NCBI GenBank assembly: GCA_947623735.1
Contig: CANQHE010000002.1
Span: 2,611-66,610, forward strand
Direction of reading: 5' to 3'
DNA: 64,000 nucleotides
From: an uncultured Bacilli bacterium
GTDB taxonomy: Bacteria > Bacillota_I > Bacilli_A > RF39 > UBA660
Part shown: positions 1-9,481 of the stretch, one piece after another
How positions within the stretch are numbered: position 1 is the first letter of the stretch
Layout of the letters: each line of letters opens with the position of its first letter
Made by a program: the position numbers and the translations under genes
The notes under the pieces: model-generated
What the model was told of the DNA's origin: nothing
Database searches by the model: none
The model's input: only the letters and a program-made list of their open reading frames with translations

Positions 1-474
1 ATTAGTCTTTTAGGGATAGTTTCTTTAAAAGAAAATGATATTTTAATTCCTAATAATGCGATTAGATTTAGAGTGATTGCTAATAGTAATAGTTTAGAAG
101 ACCAAAAAAAGAAAATGATAATTAAAGAAGATATTGAAAAAGAAGTTTATGAGTTAATTAATAACGCAAATAATACTAATGAGGTGAGAAATATTATTAA
201 TAATAATTTAGATAGTATTGATAATATTGTTAAAAAGTATGAAGTTCCTTATAATATTAATTTTGGTTATAATTATTTTCCGAAGAAAAATTATAAAGGA
301 GTAATGTATCCAGAAGGGAATTATGAGTCTTTAGTTATTACTCTGGGAGATGGGTTAGGTGATAATTTCTGGTGTGTGCTTTTTCCACCCCTTTGTTTAA
401 TTGATAACACAAGTGAAGATACCGCCGAAGTAGAATATAAATTTTTAGTAAAAGAAATTTTAGATAAGTTCTAA
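1..474 (+). CDS. spoIIR: Stage II sporulation protein R (SpoIIR), N-terminus cut by window edge
   Basis: The frame is open from nt 1 (ISLLGIVSLKENDILIPNNAIRFRVIANSNS...), so the ORF-track start at 73 is internal. RFRVIANSNS-EDQ and FWCVLFPPLC motifs are typical of SpoIIR. Confidence 0.8.
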   Translation: MSLLGIVSLKENDILIPNNAIRFRVIANSNSLEDQKKKMIIKEDIEKEVYELINNANNTNEVRNIINNNLDSIDNIVKKYEVPYNINFGYNYFPKKNYKGVMYPEGNYESLVITLGDGLGDNFWCVLFPPLCLIDNTSEDTAEVEYKFLVKEILDKF

Positions 475-478
475 AATT

Positions 479-515
479 AAAGCCTCGCAAATAATATTTT
501 TTGGGAGGCTTTTTT
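479..515 (+). terminator. Possible intrinsic terminator after spoIIR
   Basis: AAAGCCTC (479-486) pairs with GAGGCTTT (505-512), followed by a T-run. The loop is long (18 nt), and the 3' arm doubles as the SD of the next gene. Confidence 0.4.
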
Positions 516-1049
516 ATGGGAGAAATATTTAGTATTATCTTAATTGGAATTGCTCTTAGTATGGATACTTTTTCGCTTTCTTTGGGACTAGGAATGCAAG
601 ATATTTCTAATGAAAAAGCATTAAAACTTTCTTTAGTGGTAGGATTAATGCACTTTATTATGCCCTTTTTAGGGATGATACTCGGGAGTAAGTTGGTCCA
701 AATATTCGAGGTTAAGGCGGATATTCTGTTAGGAATTATTTTAATTTTTATTGCAATAGAAATGATTATGCAATTAATTAAGGGAGAAGATGAGGCTTTT
801 AATTTAACAATGCTCGGAATATTTTTATTTGCTTTTGGGGTTAGTATTGATAGTTTTTCAGTAGGAATTGGGATTAAAGCCTTAACAAGTAATATTTATA
901 TAGCAATGGGTGTTTTTAGTATTTGTAGTTTTCTTTTTACTTTTATAGGAGTTATGGGAGGAAGATGGGCTAATAAAATACTGGGTGTGTATGCGAATAT
1001 TTTGGGAATAATTATTTTATTTGTTTTGGGTTTGGTTCATTTAATTTAA
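516..1049 (+). CDS. DUF204-family membrane protein (MntP manganese exporter / YtaF-like)
   Basis: ATG 516 is preceded by GGGAGG. The protein is hydrophobic throughout and carries duplicated LSMDTFS / SIDSFSVG motifs characteristic of MntP/YtaF proteins. Confidence 0.65.
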   Translation: MGEIFSIILIGIALSMDTFSLSLGLGMQDISNEKALKLSLVVGLMHFIMPFLGMILGSKLVQIFEVKADILLGIILIFIAIEMIMQLIKGEDEAFNLTMLGIFLFAFGVSIDSFSVGIGIKALTSNIYIAMGVFSICSFLFTFIGVMGGRWANKILGVYANILGIIILFVLGLVHLI

Positions 1050-1076
1050 AAAAAACTTAGAAATTAATCTAAATTT

Positions 1077-2603
1077 TTATTTATTTTCAATACGATTAAA
1101 TAATATCTTTGGTTCATTTAAAGTTAAGTTTTCTTCTAATTCGCCAAAATTACTTATACTAGCATAAGATGTTTTTTTTGTATTTAATTCATCTAAGATG
1201 CTTTTAGAAGTTGTGGGAATAAAAGGACTTAACAGGATAGCACAATGACGAATACTTTCTAATAAGTTATATAGAATGGTTGCAAGACGGTCTTTTTTTG
1301 CTTCGTCTTTAGCAAGGGTCCATGGAGTTGTTTCATCAATATATTTATTACATGAGCGAAGAACTTCCATGATTTCATCTAAGGCTTCATTTACTTTTAA
1401 TTCGTTCATTTTGGTTTCAACAATATCTTTTAGGGCTAAAACACTCTCTATAAGTTTATTATCAATTTCTTCATTTAATTTTGGATTAGAGGTTAAGCCT
1501 TTAAAATATTTATGAGACATACTAATGGTGCGATTTACAAGATTACCTAGAGTATTGGCTAAATCAGAATTAGTGCGGGAAATAAGGGCTTCTTCAGAAA
1601 AATTGCCATCATTACCAAACGGAACTTCTCTTAGAGCATAATATCTTACTGCATCTACACCATAATCTTTAATATATTCCCGAGGGTCTTTATAGTTTCC
1701 AAGACTTTTAGAGATTTTACCCCCATCAATTTTTAACCAACCATGGCCAAAGACTTGTTTTGGAAGGGGTAAATCTAAAGCCATAAGCATACATGGCCAA
1801 ATTATAGTATGAAATCTAACTATTTCTTTGCCAACTAAATGAAGGTCGGCGGGCCAGTATTTTTTAAATAATTCACTATTTTCATCAGGATAACCTAAGG
1901 AAGTGATATAGTTTGATAGAGCATCAACCCAAACATAAACAACATGATTAGGGTCAAAATCAACAGGTATGCCCCATTTAAAGGAAGTACGAGAGACACA
2001 TAAGTCTTCAAGTCCTGGTTTAATAAAATTGTTTAACATCTCATTTTTGCGAGATAATGGTAAAATAAAGTCGGGATGTTCATCATAAAATTGGATTAAT
2101 TTATCTTGATATTTAGAAAGTCTAAAGAAATAGGCTTCTTCACTTACTTCTTTTAATTCACGACCACAGTCAGGACATTTACCATCAATGGCTTGGCTTT
2201 CCGTCCAAAAAGATTCACAGGGAATACAATATAAACCTTTATATTCGCCTTTATAAATATCACCTTTATCATATAGTTTTTTAAATATTTTCTGAACGGC
2301 CTTTTCATGATTTTCGTCGGTTGTTCTGATAAAATAATCGTAAGATATATTAAGGGAAGCCCACAAATCTTTCGCATCAGCAATAATTTTATCAACATAT
2401 TCTTTAGGGGTTACGTTTTGTTCTTTCGCCTTTTTCTCAATTTTTTCGCCATGTTCATCGGTGCCGGTTTGAAAAAAAACATCATAACCAGTCATTCTTT
2501 TGTATCTGGCAATAGCATCCGCGATAATAGTGGTGTAACAGTGGCCAATATGAAAGTTGGCACTAGGATAATAAATAGGAGTTGTAATATAATATTTTTT
2601 CAT
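1077..2603 (-). CDS. metG: Methionine--tRNA ligase (short form)
   Basis: Class I motifs PSANFHIGHCYT and GGKISKSLGN, plus zinc knuckles CIPCESF...CPDCG. Start set at ATG 2603 (MKKYYITTPIYY). A T-box leader lies upstream. Confidence 0.93.
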   Translation of the reverse strand: MKKYYITTPIYYPSANFHIGHCYTTIIADAIARYKRMTGYDVFFQTGTDEHGEKIEKKAKEQNVTPKEYVDKIIADAKDLWASLNISYDYFIRTTDENHEKAVQKIFKKLYDKGDIYKGEYKGLYCIPCESFWTESQAIDGKCPDCGRELKEVSEEAYFFRLSKYQDKLIQFYDEHPDFILPLSRKNEMLNNFIKPGLEDLCVSRTSFKWGIPVDFDPNHVVYVWVDALSNYITSLGYPDENSELFKKYWPADLHLVGKEIVRFHTIIWPCMLMALDLPLPKQVFGHGWLKIDGGKISKSLGNYKDPREYIKDYGVDAVRYYALREVPFGNDGNFSEEALISRTNSDLANTLGNLVNRTISMSHKYFKGLTSNPKLNEEIDNKLIESVLALKDIVETKMNELKVNEALDEIMEVLRSCNKYIDETTPWTLAKDEAKKDRLATILYNLLESIRHCAILLSPFIPTTSKSILDELNTKKTSYASISNFGELEENLTLNEPKILFNRIENK

Positions 2604-2636
2604 AAAAATTTTCCTTTCTAAACAAATAAAAACCAT

Positions 2637-2822
2637 AAATTAAGGACGAGATAGAACCCGCGGTACCACCTTAATTCATGATTTTTTCATGCTCTTTACT
2701 TTTAACGCAAGTTTTACGATTAAACTCCGGAGTCATCTTCCATATTATTTATTATTCGTTTACAGCAACCACGAACTTTCTTTGAATAAATAATATGTAC
2801 TCATTCCTTCAACATTTATGTA
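2637..2822 (-). promoter_or_regulatory. T-box riboswitch leader of metG
   Basis: The minus strand reads AATTAAGGTGGTACCGCGGG (plus-strand 2657-2676), which is the conserved T-box sequence. A candidate AUG (Met) specifier sits at 2741-2743 in AAUAAUAUGGAAG. A T-run precedes the metG SD. Confidence 0.8.
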
Positions 2823-2827
2823 GTTTT

Positions 2828-2856
2828 ATTATATGCGAAGTTTAATTAAATGTCAA
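2828..2856 (-). promoter_or_regulatory. Consensus sigma-A promoter for the metG leader
   Basis: Minus strand: TTGACA (2856-2851), a 17-nt spacer, then TATAAT (2833-2828). The -35 overlaps the 3' end of spoVT. Confidence 0.65.
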
Positions 2857-3364
2857 GTTTCTCATTAAAGATACTGGATATCAGTTTACCTAGGGCTAGT
2901 TCATTTGTTAGTTTTTCTTTATTATACATAATAACTAAACCAATACTATCATTTAAAGATATAATGGGAATAAAAATAAAATTTCCATTTAAAGTTTCAT
3001 TATCAACATTTATTTCATAGTTTTCTTTTATGATTATTTCCCGATTTTCCATGATATTTAAATATTCAGAATTTATTTTTAAATTATTTATAAATTCTGG
3101 CATACCAGATGATGATAAGACTTTTTCTCTATCAGTTATAATAATACTATAATTAAAGGTATTATATATTAAATTACATAGTTTAGTAGCAAGTTCTTGG
3201 GTACTTTCAAGACGATTATATTTTTTTAGAATAATACTTTCATTTTCCATAAATATTTCAATATTTTCACCATCACGAATACCCAGATTTCGACGTATTT
3301 CTTTCGGAATTACTATTCTTCCTAATTCATCTATTCTTCTTATAATACCAGTTGATTTTAGCAA
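2846..3364 (-). CDS. spoVT: Stage V sporulation protein T (AbrB-type N-domain plus GAF-like C-domain)
   Basis: LKSTGIIRRIDELGRIVIPKEIRRNLGIRDGENIEIF matches the SpoVT/AbrB swapped-hairpin domain. Start placed at TTG 3364 (SD GGAG 9 nt upstream); ATG 3379 is the alternative. The ORF-track extension to 3475 runs through an upstream terminator. Confidence 0.85.
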   Translation of the reverse strand: MLKSTGIIRRIDELGRIVIPKEIRRNLGIRDGENIEIFMENESIILKKYNRLESTQELATKLCNLIYNTFNYSIIITDREKVLSSSGMPEFINNLKINSEYLNIMENREIIIKENYEINVDNETLNGNFIFIPIISLNDSIGLVIMYNKEKLTNELALGKLISSIFNEKLDI

Positions 3365-3424
3365 TGTATACAACTCCATTTCTAATATTAATATTGATAA
3401 GATAGAGTTTTTTATACGTGTTTT

Positions 3425-3454
3425 AAATAAAAAATTGAGGAGAATAATCTCCTC
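3425..3454 (-). terminator. Intrinsic terminator of the 3512-4819 gene
   Basis: GAGGAG (3437-3442) pairs with CTCCTC (3449-3454), followed by a T-run on the minus strand. A second hairpin, CTTGCCCATG...CATGAGCAAG, lies at ~3467-3505. Confidence 0.7.
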
Positions 3455-3511
3455 GTGGAATTTCATCTTGCCCATGTATAGATTAATATAAGCAACATGA
3501 GCAAGTTTATA

Positions 3512-4819
3512 TTAATCTGTATTTACAATATATGGATTAGTTGTGGTTCCATTGCCACCTTCTTTAAAGGTAACGTCTGCCTTGAGGTTTATGACAGGAC
3601 GAGCACCATTAATAGTGCCATTTACACCAACATTACTAAGTTTGCCATTATTAGTTACCAGAAACACGATAGCGCCAACACCATTAAAATTATACGGCGA
3701 CATAGTCCAGTAAAATTGGTTTGTATATAACCAGTATCCAGTATTTACTTCACTTGCAAAGCCTCCAGCATAGATTACTTCGTCCATAGTTATTAAGCCG
3801 ACTGGTATTGGTAAGGCATCATTTCCTTTTCCATCTTGAGCTTTTGGACCAGTGTATAAATCTCTTGCTGTATTTTCACATTTAAGCGTTGGATTTTGTT
3901 CTTCTATTTTATAACTATCGCTTCCACTTTGCCATACTTTATCGGCTCCATATACTGTTTTTATATTTCCATATCCTAAATCCCCTGTTCCAAGATAACT
4001 ACTTCCATGATTATTTCTTGTGTAAGTTCTGTCACCACAAAAACCAGTTTCTACATCTATTTTATCTGACAACTCTACTAAATTTGTGCTATTTTCATAC
4101 CAATATTTTATTTCATCTAATATTGTACTTTCTGTTTCTGGTTTATGGGCTTCTTCATAATTTGTACTTGCTTGTTCAGAGTTGCCTCCATACATATACC
4201 CTACATATTTGTTATCATTAAAATTTGTATTGAATATTATTGATTTTATATAACTATTATCTGCTGGAGTTCTTGGTGTTATCATAGTAATATCGCCGAT
4301 TGTTTCGGGAGCTTGAATAACACTATTACTCGTGCCAGCATAGATTAACCTTATTGTATCGTTGCCATTGATTCGAATAATTCGCCACCAGATATACTCA
4401 CTATTTGTTTTATCTGTTCCAAAAACTACCCAGTTATTATCCACTGTTCCTCGATAATAATAACTTGTTCCATAATCATCGTCTGTTTCATATATTCCAT
4501 TTTCAGATAAATTGCACCCACTATCACATGATGTTCCCGTAAATGTACCTTTCTTACTAGTTGTTTGCGCTTTTATTGCTTCATTTAGTAGTGGCAATTC
4601 TTTTTCTTCAAAATATAAATAACATTTAGTATTCTTTTTAGTTAATGTTGAGACACTCAAAGTTTGAGTACCACTATCATATGCTACTCTTCCTGTTAAT
4701 TTATCTTCACTATCTGGTTCAATACAATATGTTTCATCTGTATTTAAAACATAATTACCTTCGGGTATGGCACTTGTTTGATGATACTCGTTATCTTCAC
4801 CTTTTAAATAAATAGCCAT
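3512..4819 (-). CDS. Large secreted/anchored protein of unknown function, paralog 1; body ORF lacks its signal anchor in the current frame
   Basis: Strong similarity to the 43145-44650 product across blocks GTVDNNWVVFG, EYIWWRIIRINGN, NDNKYVGYMYG, IDVETGFCGDRT, PVGLITMDEVIY, GYWLYTNQFYW-MSP and RPVINLKADVTF. There is no SD before ATG 4819. Confidence 0.75.
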   Translation of the reverse strand: MAIYLKGEDNEYHQTSAIPEGNYVLNTDETYCIEPDSEDKLTGRVAYDSGTQTLSVSTLTKKNTKCYLYFEEKELPLLNEAIKAQTTSKKGTFTGTSCDSGCNLSENGIYETDDDYGTSYYYRGTVDNNWVVFGTDKTNSEYIWWRIIRINGNDTIRLIYAGTSNSVIQAPETIGDITMITPRTPADNSYIKSIIFNTNFNDNKYVGYMYGGNSEQASTNYEEAHKPETESTILDEIKYWYENSTNLVELSDKIDVETGFCGDRTYTRNNHGSSYLGTGDLGYGNIKTVYGADKVWQSGSDSYKIEEQNPTLKCENTARDLYTGPKAQDGKGNDALPIPVGLITMDEVIYAGGFASEVNTGYWLYTNQFYWTMSPYNFNGVGAIVFLVTNNGKLSNVGVNGTINGARPVINLKADVTFKEGGNGTTTNPYIVNTD

Positions 4820-4874
4820 ACTATTTTCAATATTTAAAGTTTCATTTGTTAGTTCTTGAGTATTATTTTGGGGT

Positions 4875-4943
4875 TTATTTAGATATAATATACCCCCCCC
4901 CCAATAGGGTTATTGCACTTATTATTGCTATTTTCTTATTCAT
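4875..4943 (-). CDS. Detached 5' segment (signal anchor) of the 3512-4819 gene, out of frame at the G10 tract
   Basis: ATG 4943 has SD AAGGGA 9 nt upstream and reads MNKKIAIISAITLLGGGYIISK, ending at stop 4877-4875. Removing one G fuses it in frame to the body ORF. Confidence 0.65.
   Translation of the reverse strand: MNKKIAIISAITLLGGGYIISK
4893..4902 (-). repeat. Homopolymeric G10 (C10 on the plus strand) tract inside a coding region
   Basis: Ten consecutive C on the plus strand, counted directly. This is the only long G/C homopolymer I saw in this very AT-rich window. Confidence 0.9.
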
Positions 4944-5023
4944 AAATAATCATCCCTTTGTATTATACTTTTCTAACTTATATTTCTAATATACAATATT
5001 ATTGATATTATTTCAAGTATTTT

Positions 5024-8000
5024 TTATAAATAATCATTTTTAATTAATTCTAATAAAGGAACAAAAGAATATAAGAAATGTTTTGCATCTTTCTTTAACA
5101 TGAGGGATATTTTAATACGTTTATTTTGATATTTAAATTTGAAATCAGGATTAATATTATAACTTTCTAAGAATAATTTATCAGCCTTTATATTATTAGA
5201 TAATTCCTCTGGTAATTCTAATTCAATATAATTTTTAGTTTGCGTTACTCTTTTAATATCTAAAGTATTAGCAAGTTTTTCAAACCATTCTTCATACATA
5301 TAAATGATTATTTCTTCGGATACTTTACCAAAACGGTCCTCTAATTCTTGTTTTATTCGCTCCAGAGATTCTTTTGATTCGACTTCGTTTATCTTGTTAT
5401 GAATTTCAATTTTTATTTCATCATCTTTGACATAATCATCACTAATATGGGTTGAAACATTTATTAAAGCGGTTGGAGATGTATCTTGTTTTACTTCTTC
5501 TCCTTTTAAGCGATGCATTTCTTCTTCAATCATTTCCATGTATAAATTAATACCTACCGAATCAACAAAACCGGCTTGTTCACTTCCTAAAATATCCCCG
5601 GCACCACGGATGGCTAAATCACGCATCGCAATACGATAGCCACTTCCAAGTTCGGTAAATTCTTTGATGGCTTCTAGTCTTTTAATCGCGGTTTCATTTA
5701 AGATTTTGCTTTTATCATATAAAAGATAAGCATAAGCAATTTTATTAGAACGACCCACACGACCCCGAATTTGATAGAGCTGAGATAAACCAAAATGGTC
5801 AGCATTATAAATAATTAAAGTATTAGCATTAGGAATATCAATACCAGTTTCTATAATTGTAGTACAAACTAAGATATCATATTTGTAATCAATAAAGTCT
5901 TGCATGATATTTTCAAGTTCCATTTTAGTCATCCGGCCATGGGCTTTAATGATACGGGCATCAGGTGCTAAAGTACTAATTTTATTAATAAGTCTATCTA
6001 AACCATCAATATTATTATATAAGATAAATATTTGACCATTTCGAGATAATTCTTTATAAATAGCATCTTTAACAATTAAATCGTCATTTTCTAAGACATA
6101 AGTTTGGATAGGATATCTATTTACAGGGGCGGTATCAATCACGGATAAATCTCTTAGACCCGACATAGCCATTTTAAGAGTTCTAGGTATAGGAGTCGCG
6201 GATAAAGTTAAAACATTAATATCATTTTTTAGTTCTTTAATCTTTTCTTTATGAGTAACACCAAAACGTTGTTCTTCATCAACAACTAATAAACCTAAAT
6301 TTTTGCATTTAATATCATTACTTAAAAGACGATGGGTGCCAAATAAAATATCTATTTTGCCATTGGTTAAATCATCTAAGATTTTTTTGGTATCTTTAGG
6401 ACTTGTAAAACGATTTAAAAGAGCAATATTAATTGGATAATCTTTAAAACGATTTAGGGCGGAATTATATTGTTGGCGCGATAAAATCGTCGTAGGACAC
6501 AAATATAAGACTTGCATATTATTTAAAATGGTTTTAAACATGGCCCGGAAGGCAACTTCAGTTTTACCAAAACCAACATCGCCACATAAAAGACGGTCCA
6601 TAGGAACAGGACTTTTTAAGTCAATATCGATTTCTTTAATGGCTTTATCTTGGTCTTTAGTGGGTGTATATTTAAAAGAAGAAGCAAATTCATCTTCAAG
6701 AGCATATGATTCATAAGCGGGGCCTTTTAGAGCCATTCTTTCAGCATATAGTTTTAGTAATTCTTCTGAGATATCTTTAATTCTTTTTTGAACACTTCTT
6801 TTAGTTTTAGCCCAAGAAGTAGAGTTTAGTTTATTAATTTTAGGTTTTAAGCCATCCTTACTAGAATATTTTAAAATTGTACTTATTTTTTCTACCGGAA
6901 CATAGACTTTATCATTTCCTTCATAGAGTATTTCTAAATAATCTTTTTCAAAACCATTTTGGGTTAAGGTTTTTATGCCATTATAAATACCAATACCATG
7001 GGCGAGATGGACAACATAATCACCTAAATTAAGAGAGTTTAAATCTTTTATTTTACGGCCAATTTTATAAGTGTTTTTATATTTTATTTCGGTTCTCGTA
7101 ATATTTTCAATATCATATTCTGTTATAACGACATATTTATCAAAGATAAAACCTTTAGTTAGAGGAACATCAATGACTTTAAAGGGTACTTCAAGCGTTT
7201 CTTTTAAGAGTTTAACTTGATTTTTTTTAGATAAACTAAAAATTATTTCATAACCTTTTTTATGCCATAGGGTTGTCATTTCTTTTAGACGAGTGAAATC
7301 AGAATTAAAATTAGTGATATTACTACTACTGAAGTTAAGAGCCTTTTTAGTGTCTATTTTATTATCTATGAGATTTAAATAAAGGTTATATTTAGGATTA
7401 ATTTCATCTAAACTAAACATAAATCTAGTATCAGAGTCAAGATTTTGGGCAACTTTATATTCAAACATTTCTTCTTCTAATTTTTTATAACTAGCTTTTA
7501 TACGATTATAATCGATATTTACGACGATAGCATCTTTTAGATAATCATATAAACTGGATTTAGTGTTGGTTTTTATTTCGCCATTGGGGATTAAATTAAT
7601 AGTGGAAATTTCTTCAATAGACATTTGACTTTCTTCATCAAAATAGCGAATTGATTCAATAGTATTCCCAAAAAACTCCAGGCGTATCGGATGTTCACTT
7701 AAGGTAACAAAAATATCAATAACAAAACCTCTTACCGCATATTCGCCGGTGGAAGTAACGATAGATTCTTTTTTATAATCAAGTTCATTTAATAAATCAA
7801 TTAATTTATCCCGGTTTATTTCCATATTTTTTTTAAGAGTGATATTTAATTTGGCTTGAAGTTTACTATCGGTTAGATATTTTAAGTAACCCATTAAATT
7901 AGTGATTACAATGCCTTTATCTTTTTTGATGGCTTCTAAAGTTTCAATACGATTATTTTTTAGTTCGGGAGATATAGCTAGAGCAACACTCGCGAGAAAG

Positions 8001-8209
8001 TCATCCATTGGAAAAAGATAAGTGTTATTAGTTAAGTTTTTAAGACCACGATAAAATTCATTAGCTTCATATAAAGTAGAAGTTAAAACTAAAATGTTTT
8101 TATTAGTTTTTTGATATAATTTATGCACGTAAATATGGGCTAACACATTAGTTAGTCCGGTTATTGTTAAATCATTATCATATTTAAAGTAATTATCTAA
8201 AAAATCCAT
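5024..8209 (-). CDS. mfd: Transcription-repair coupling factor
   Basis: 1060-aa protein with a CarD-like region, the helicase motifs LLCGDVGFGKTEVA and DEEQRFG, and a TRCF C-domain. Start set at ATG 8209 (SD GGAG; immediately after the pth stop). ATG 8233 is the alternative. Confidence 0.93.
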   Translation of the reverse strand: MDFLDNYFKYDNDLTITGLTNVLAHIYVHKLYQKTNKNILVLTSTLYEANEFYRGLKNLTNNTYLFPMDDFLASVALAISPELKNNRIETLEAIKKDKGIVITNLMGYLKYLTDSKLQAKLNITLKKNMEINRDKLIDLLNELDYKKESIVTSTGEYAVRGFVIDIFVTLSEHPIRLEFFGNTIESIRYFDEESQMSIEEISTINLIPNGEIKTNTKSSLYDYLKDAIVVNIDYNRIKASYKKLEEEMFEYKVAQNLDSDTRFMFSLDEINPKYNLYLNLIDNKIDTKKALNFSSSNITNFNSDFTRLKEMTTLWHKKGYEIIFSLSKKNQVKLLKETLEVPFKVIDVPLTKGFIFDKYVVITEYDIENITRTEIKYKNTYKIGRKIKDLNSLNLGDYVVHLAHGIGIYNGIKTLTQNGFEKDYLEILYEGNDKVYVPVEKISTILKYSSKDGLKPKINKLNSTSWAKTKRSVQKRIKDISEELLKLYAERMALKGPAYESYALEDEFASSFKYTPTKDQDKAIKEIDIDLKSPVPMDRLLCGDVGFGKTEVAFRAMFKTILNNMQVLYLCPTTILSRQQYNSALNRFKDYPINIALLNRFTSPKDTKKILDDLTNGKIDILFGTHRLLSNDIKCKNLGLLVVDEEQRFGVTHKEKIKELKNDINVLTLSATPIPRTLKMAMSGLRDLSVIDTAPVNRYPIQTYVLENDDLIVKDAIYKELSRNGQIFILYNNIDGLDRLINKISTLAPDARIIKAHGRMTKMELENIMQDFIDYKYDILVCTTIIETGIDIPNANTLIIYNADHFGLSQLYQIRGRVGRSNKIAYAYLLYDKSKILNETAIKRLEAIKEFTELGSGYRIAMRDLAIRGAGDILGSEQAGFVDSVGINLYMEMIEEEMHRLKGEEVKQDTSPTALINVSTHISDDYVKDDEIKIEIHNKINEVESKESLERIKQELEDRFGKVSEEIIIYMYEEWFEKLANTLDIKRVTQTKNYIELELPEELSNNIKADKLFLESYNINPDFKFKYQNKRIKISLMLKKDAKHFLYSFVPLLELIKNDYL

Positions 8210-8210
8210 T

Positions 8211-8765
8211 TTATTTGGCTCCATTATAATCATTCATAAGTTTATTTATATCATGAATTAAAAAGTCATTAATTATGCGATTAAAGGTGGGATATAAATT
8301 AGTAATTGTATTAAGTTCATCAGGAGTGAATTTGCCTAAGACATAATCTTTAGTGGCAATATCTTTATTTTTGGAAACACCGATTTTAAGACGCGCGAAA
8401 GCATTGGTATTAAGAGCATTAATGATGGATTTAATACCATTATGACCACCACTGGAACTATTTATTTTAAGGCGATAGGTACCAAGTGGTAAATCTAAAT
8501 CGTCGTGGATAACAAGAATATTTTCGGATGATATTTTATAAAAGTTTGCAAACTGGACAACAGAGGTACCCGATAAATTCATATAGGTCTCTGGTTTTAC
8601 AAATATAACTAATTCATTTGATATTTTAAGTTCCGTATATGATGCTTGAAATTTAGAGTGCCAAGTAGCATTTTCTAAATAATTATCAAGAACCATAAAG
8701 CCAATATTATGACGAGTATTCGTATATTCTTTCCCGGGATTACCGAGGCCAACAATTAATTTCAT
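8211..8765 (-). CDS. pth: Peptidyl-tRNA hydrolase
   Basis: MKLIVGLGNPGKEYTNTRHNIGF and GGHNGIKS motifs. Confidence 0.93.
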   Translation of the reverse strand: MKLIVGLGNPGKEYTNTRHNIGFMVLDNYLENATWHSKFQASYTELKISNELVIFVKPETYMNLSGTSVVQFANFYKISSENILVIHDDLDLPLGTYRLKINSSSGGHNGIKSIINALNTNAFARLKIGVSKNKDIATKDYVLGKFTPDELNTITNLYPTFNRIINDFLIHDINKLMNDYNGAK

Positions 8766-9481
8766 TTTGTCACATCCTTTTTAAAGATATTTTGATATGT
8801 TTTGGTATCACGATTAATAATTTTACTATAAACTTTGGTACCGGGACGAGCATTTTTAACAAATTTCATCAGAACCATTATAGCATCTTTTTCGAGGTTT
8901 GAGTAAATAAATGTTATATTTTTGACAGTTAATTTATATTTTTGAGCGAGGGTGATTATTTCGGCTAAGCGAGTGGGACGATGAACTAAATAAAAGGCAC
9001 CGTAATCTTTTAAAAGATAGTTTACAGTTTGAAAAATTTCTTCTAAAGTAATTGATATTTCATGGCGAGCCATGGCTTTGGATGGTGAAGCATTTATAAG
9101 GGAGGTTTTTTCATATTTAAAAAATGGGGGGTTACAGGTTATAATGTCAAAATTATTTCCCGGGAAATAATTGTTAGTATCTTTCGCGTTAATGTTTAAC
9201 ATTGTAATTTGATTTTCGAGATGGTTATAGAGAATACTTTTGGTTGCTAAACGACAAATATCCGGATTTATTTCAACTCCGGTTATTTTTAAGTTAGAGT
9301 GGTTGGCTAAAATTAAAGGAAGGGGCGCATTACCACTACATAAATCGAGTAAATTTTGAGCTTTAGGTGGAATTTCAACAAATTCGCTTAATAAAAGGGA
9401 GTCGAGAGAAAATTTGAAACTACTCGCATCTTGGTAGATTTTTAAATTATAGTCGTATAAATCATTTAATTGGGCATTCAT
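8762..9481 (-). CDS. SAM-dependent N6-adenine methyltransferase (YabB / tRNA1(Val) m6A37 TrmN6-like)
   Basis: SAM motif LLDLCSGNAP and catalytic CNPPFF. Start set at ATG 9481 (MNAQLND..., SD GGTGA). Confidence 0.75.
   Translation of the reverse strand: MNAQLNDLYDYNLKIYQDASSFKFSLDSLLLSEFVEIPPKAQNLLDLCSGNAPLPLILANHSNLKITGVEINPDICRLATKSILYNHLENQITMLNINAKDTNNYFPGNNFDIITCNPPFFKYEKTSLINASPSKAMARHEISITLEEIFQTVNYLLKDYGAFYLVHRPTRLAEIITLAQKYKLTVKNITFIYSNLEKDAIMVLMKFVKNARPGTKVYSKIINRDTKTYQNIFKKDVTK
9155..9168. promoter_or_regulatory. Noc-binding-site-like palindrome ATTTCCCGGGAAAT
   Basis: Perfect 14-bp match to the B. subtilis NBS consensus. It extends to TTATTTCCCGGGAAATAA and lies inside the methyltransferase gene. 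Confidence 0.7.

Noticed and set aside
3365-3475. N-terminal extension of spoVT in the ORF track.
   Set aside because: It runs through the double-hairpin terminator of the upstream gene. SpoVT proteins begin right at the (K)-TGI-RRID motif, which fits TTG 3364 with an SD.
4893-4902. The possibility that the G10 tract simply marks a dead pseudogene.
   Set aside because: Not fully rejected. However, both halves are otherwise intact, with a good SD, a clean signal anchor and no other stops or frameshifts, so a reversible switch or a sequencing miscount is more likely than long-term decay.
8729-8742. CTTTCCCGGGATTA in pth as a fourth Noc-binding site.
   Set aside because: It is only a 10/14 match with a broken right half-site. 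It is mentioned but not called.
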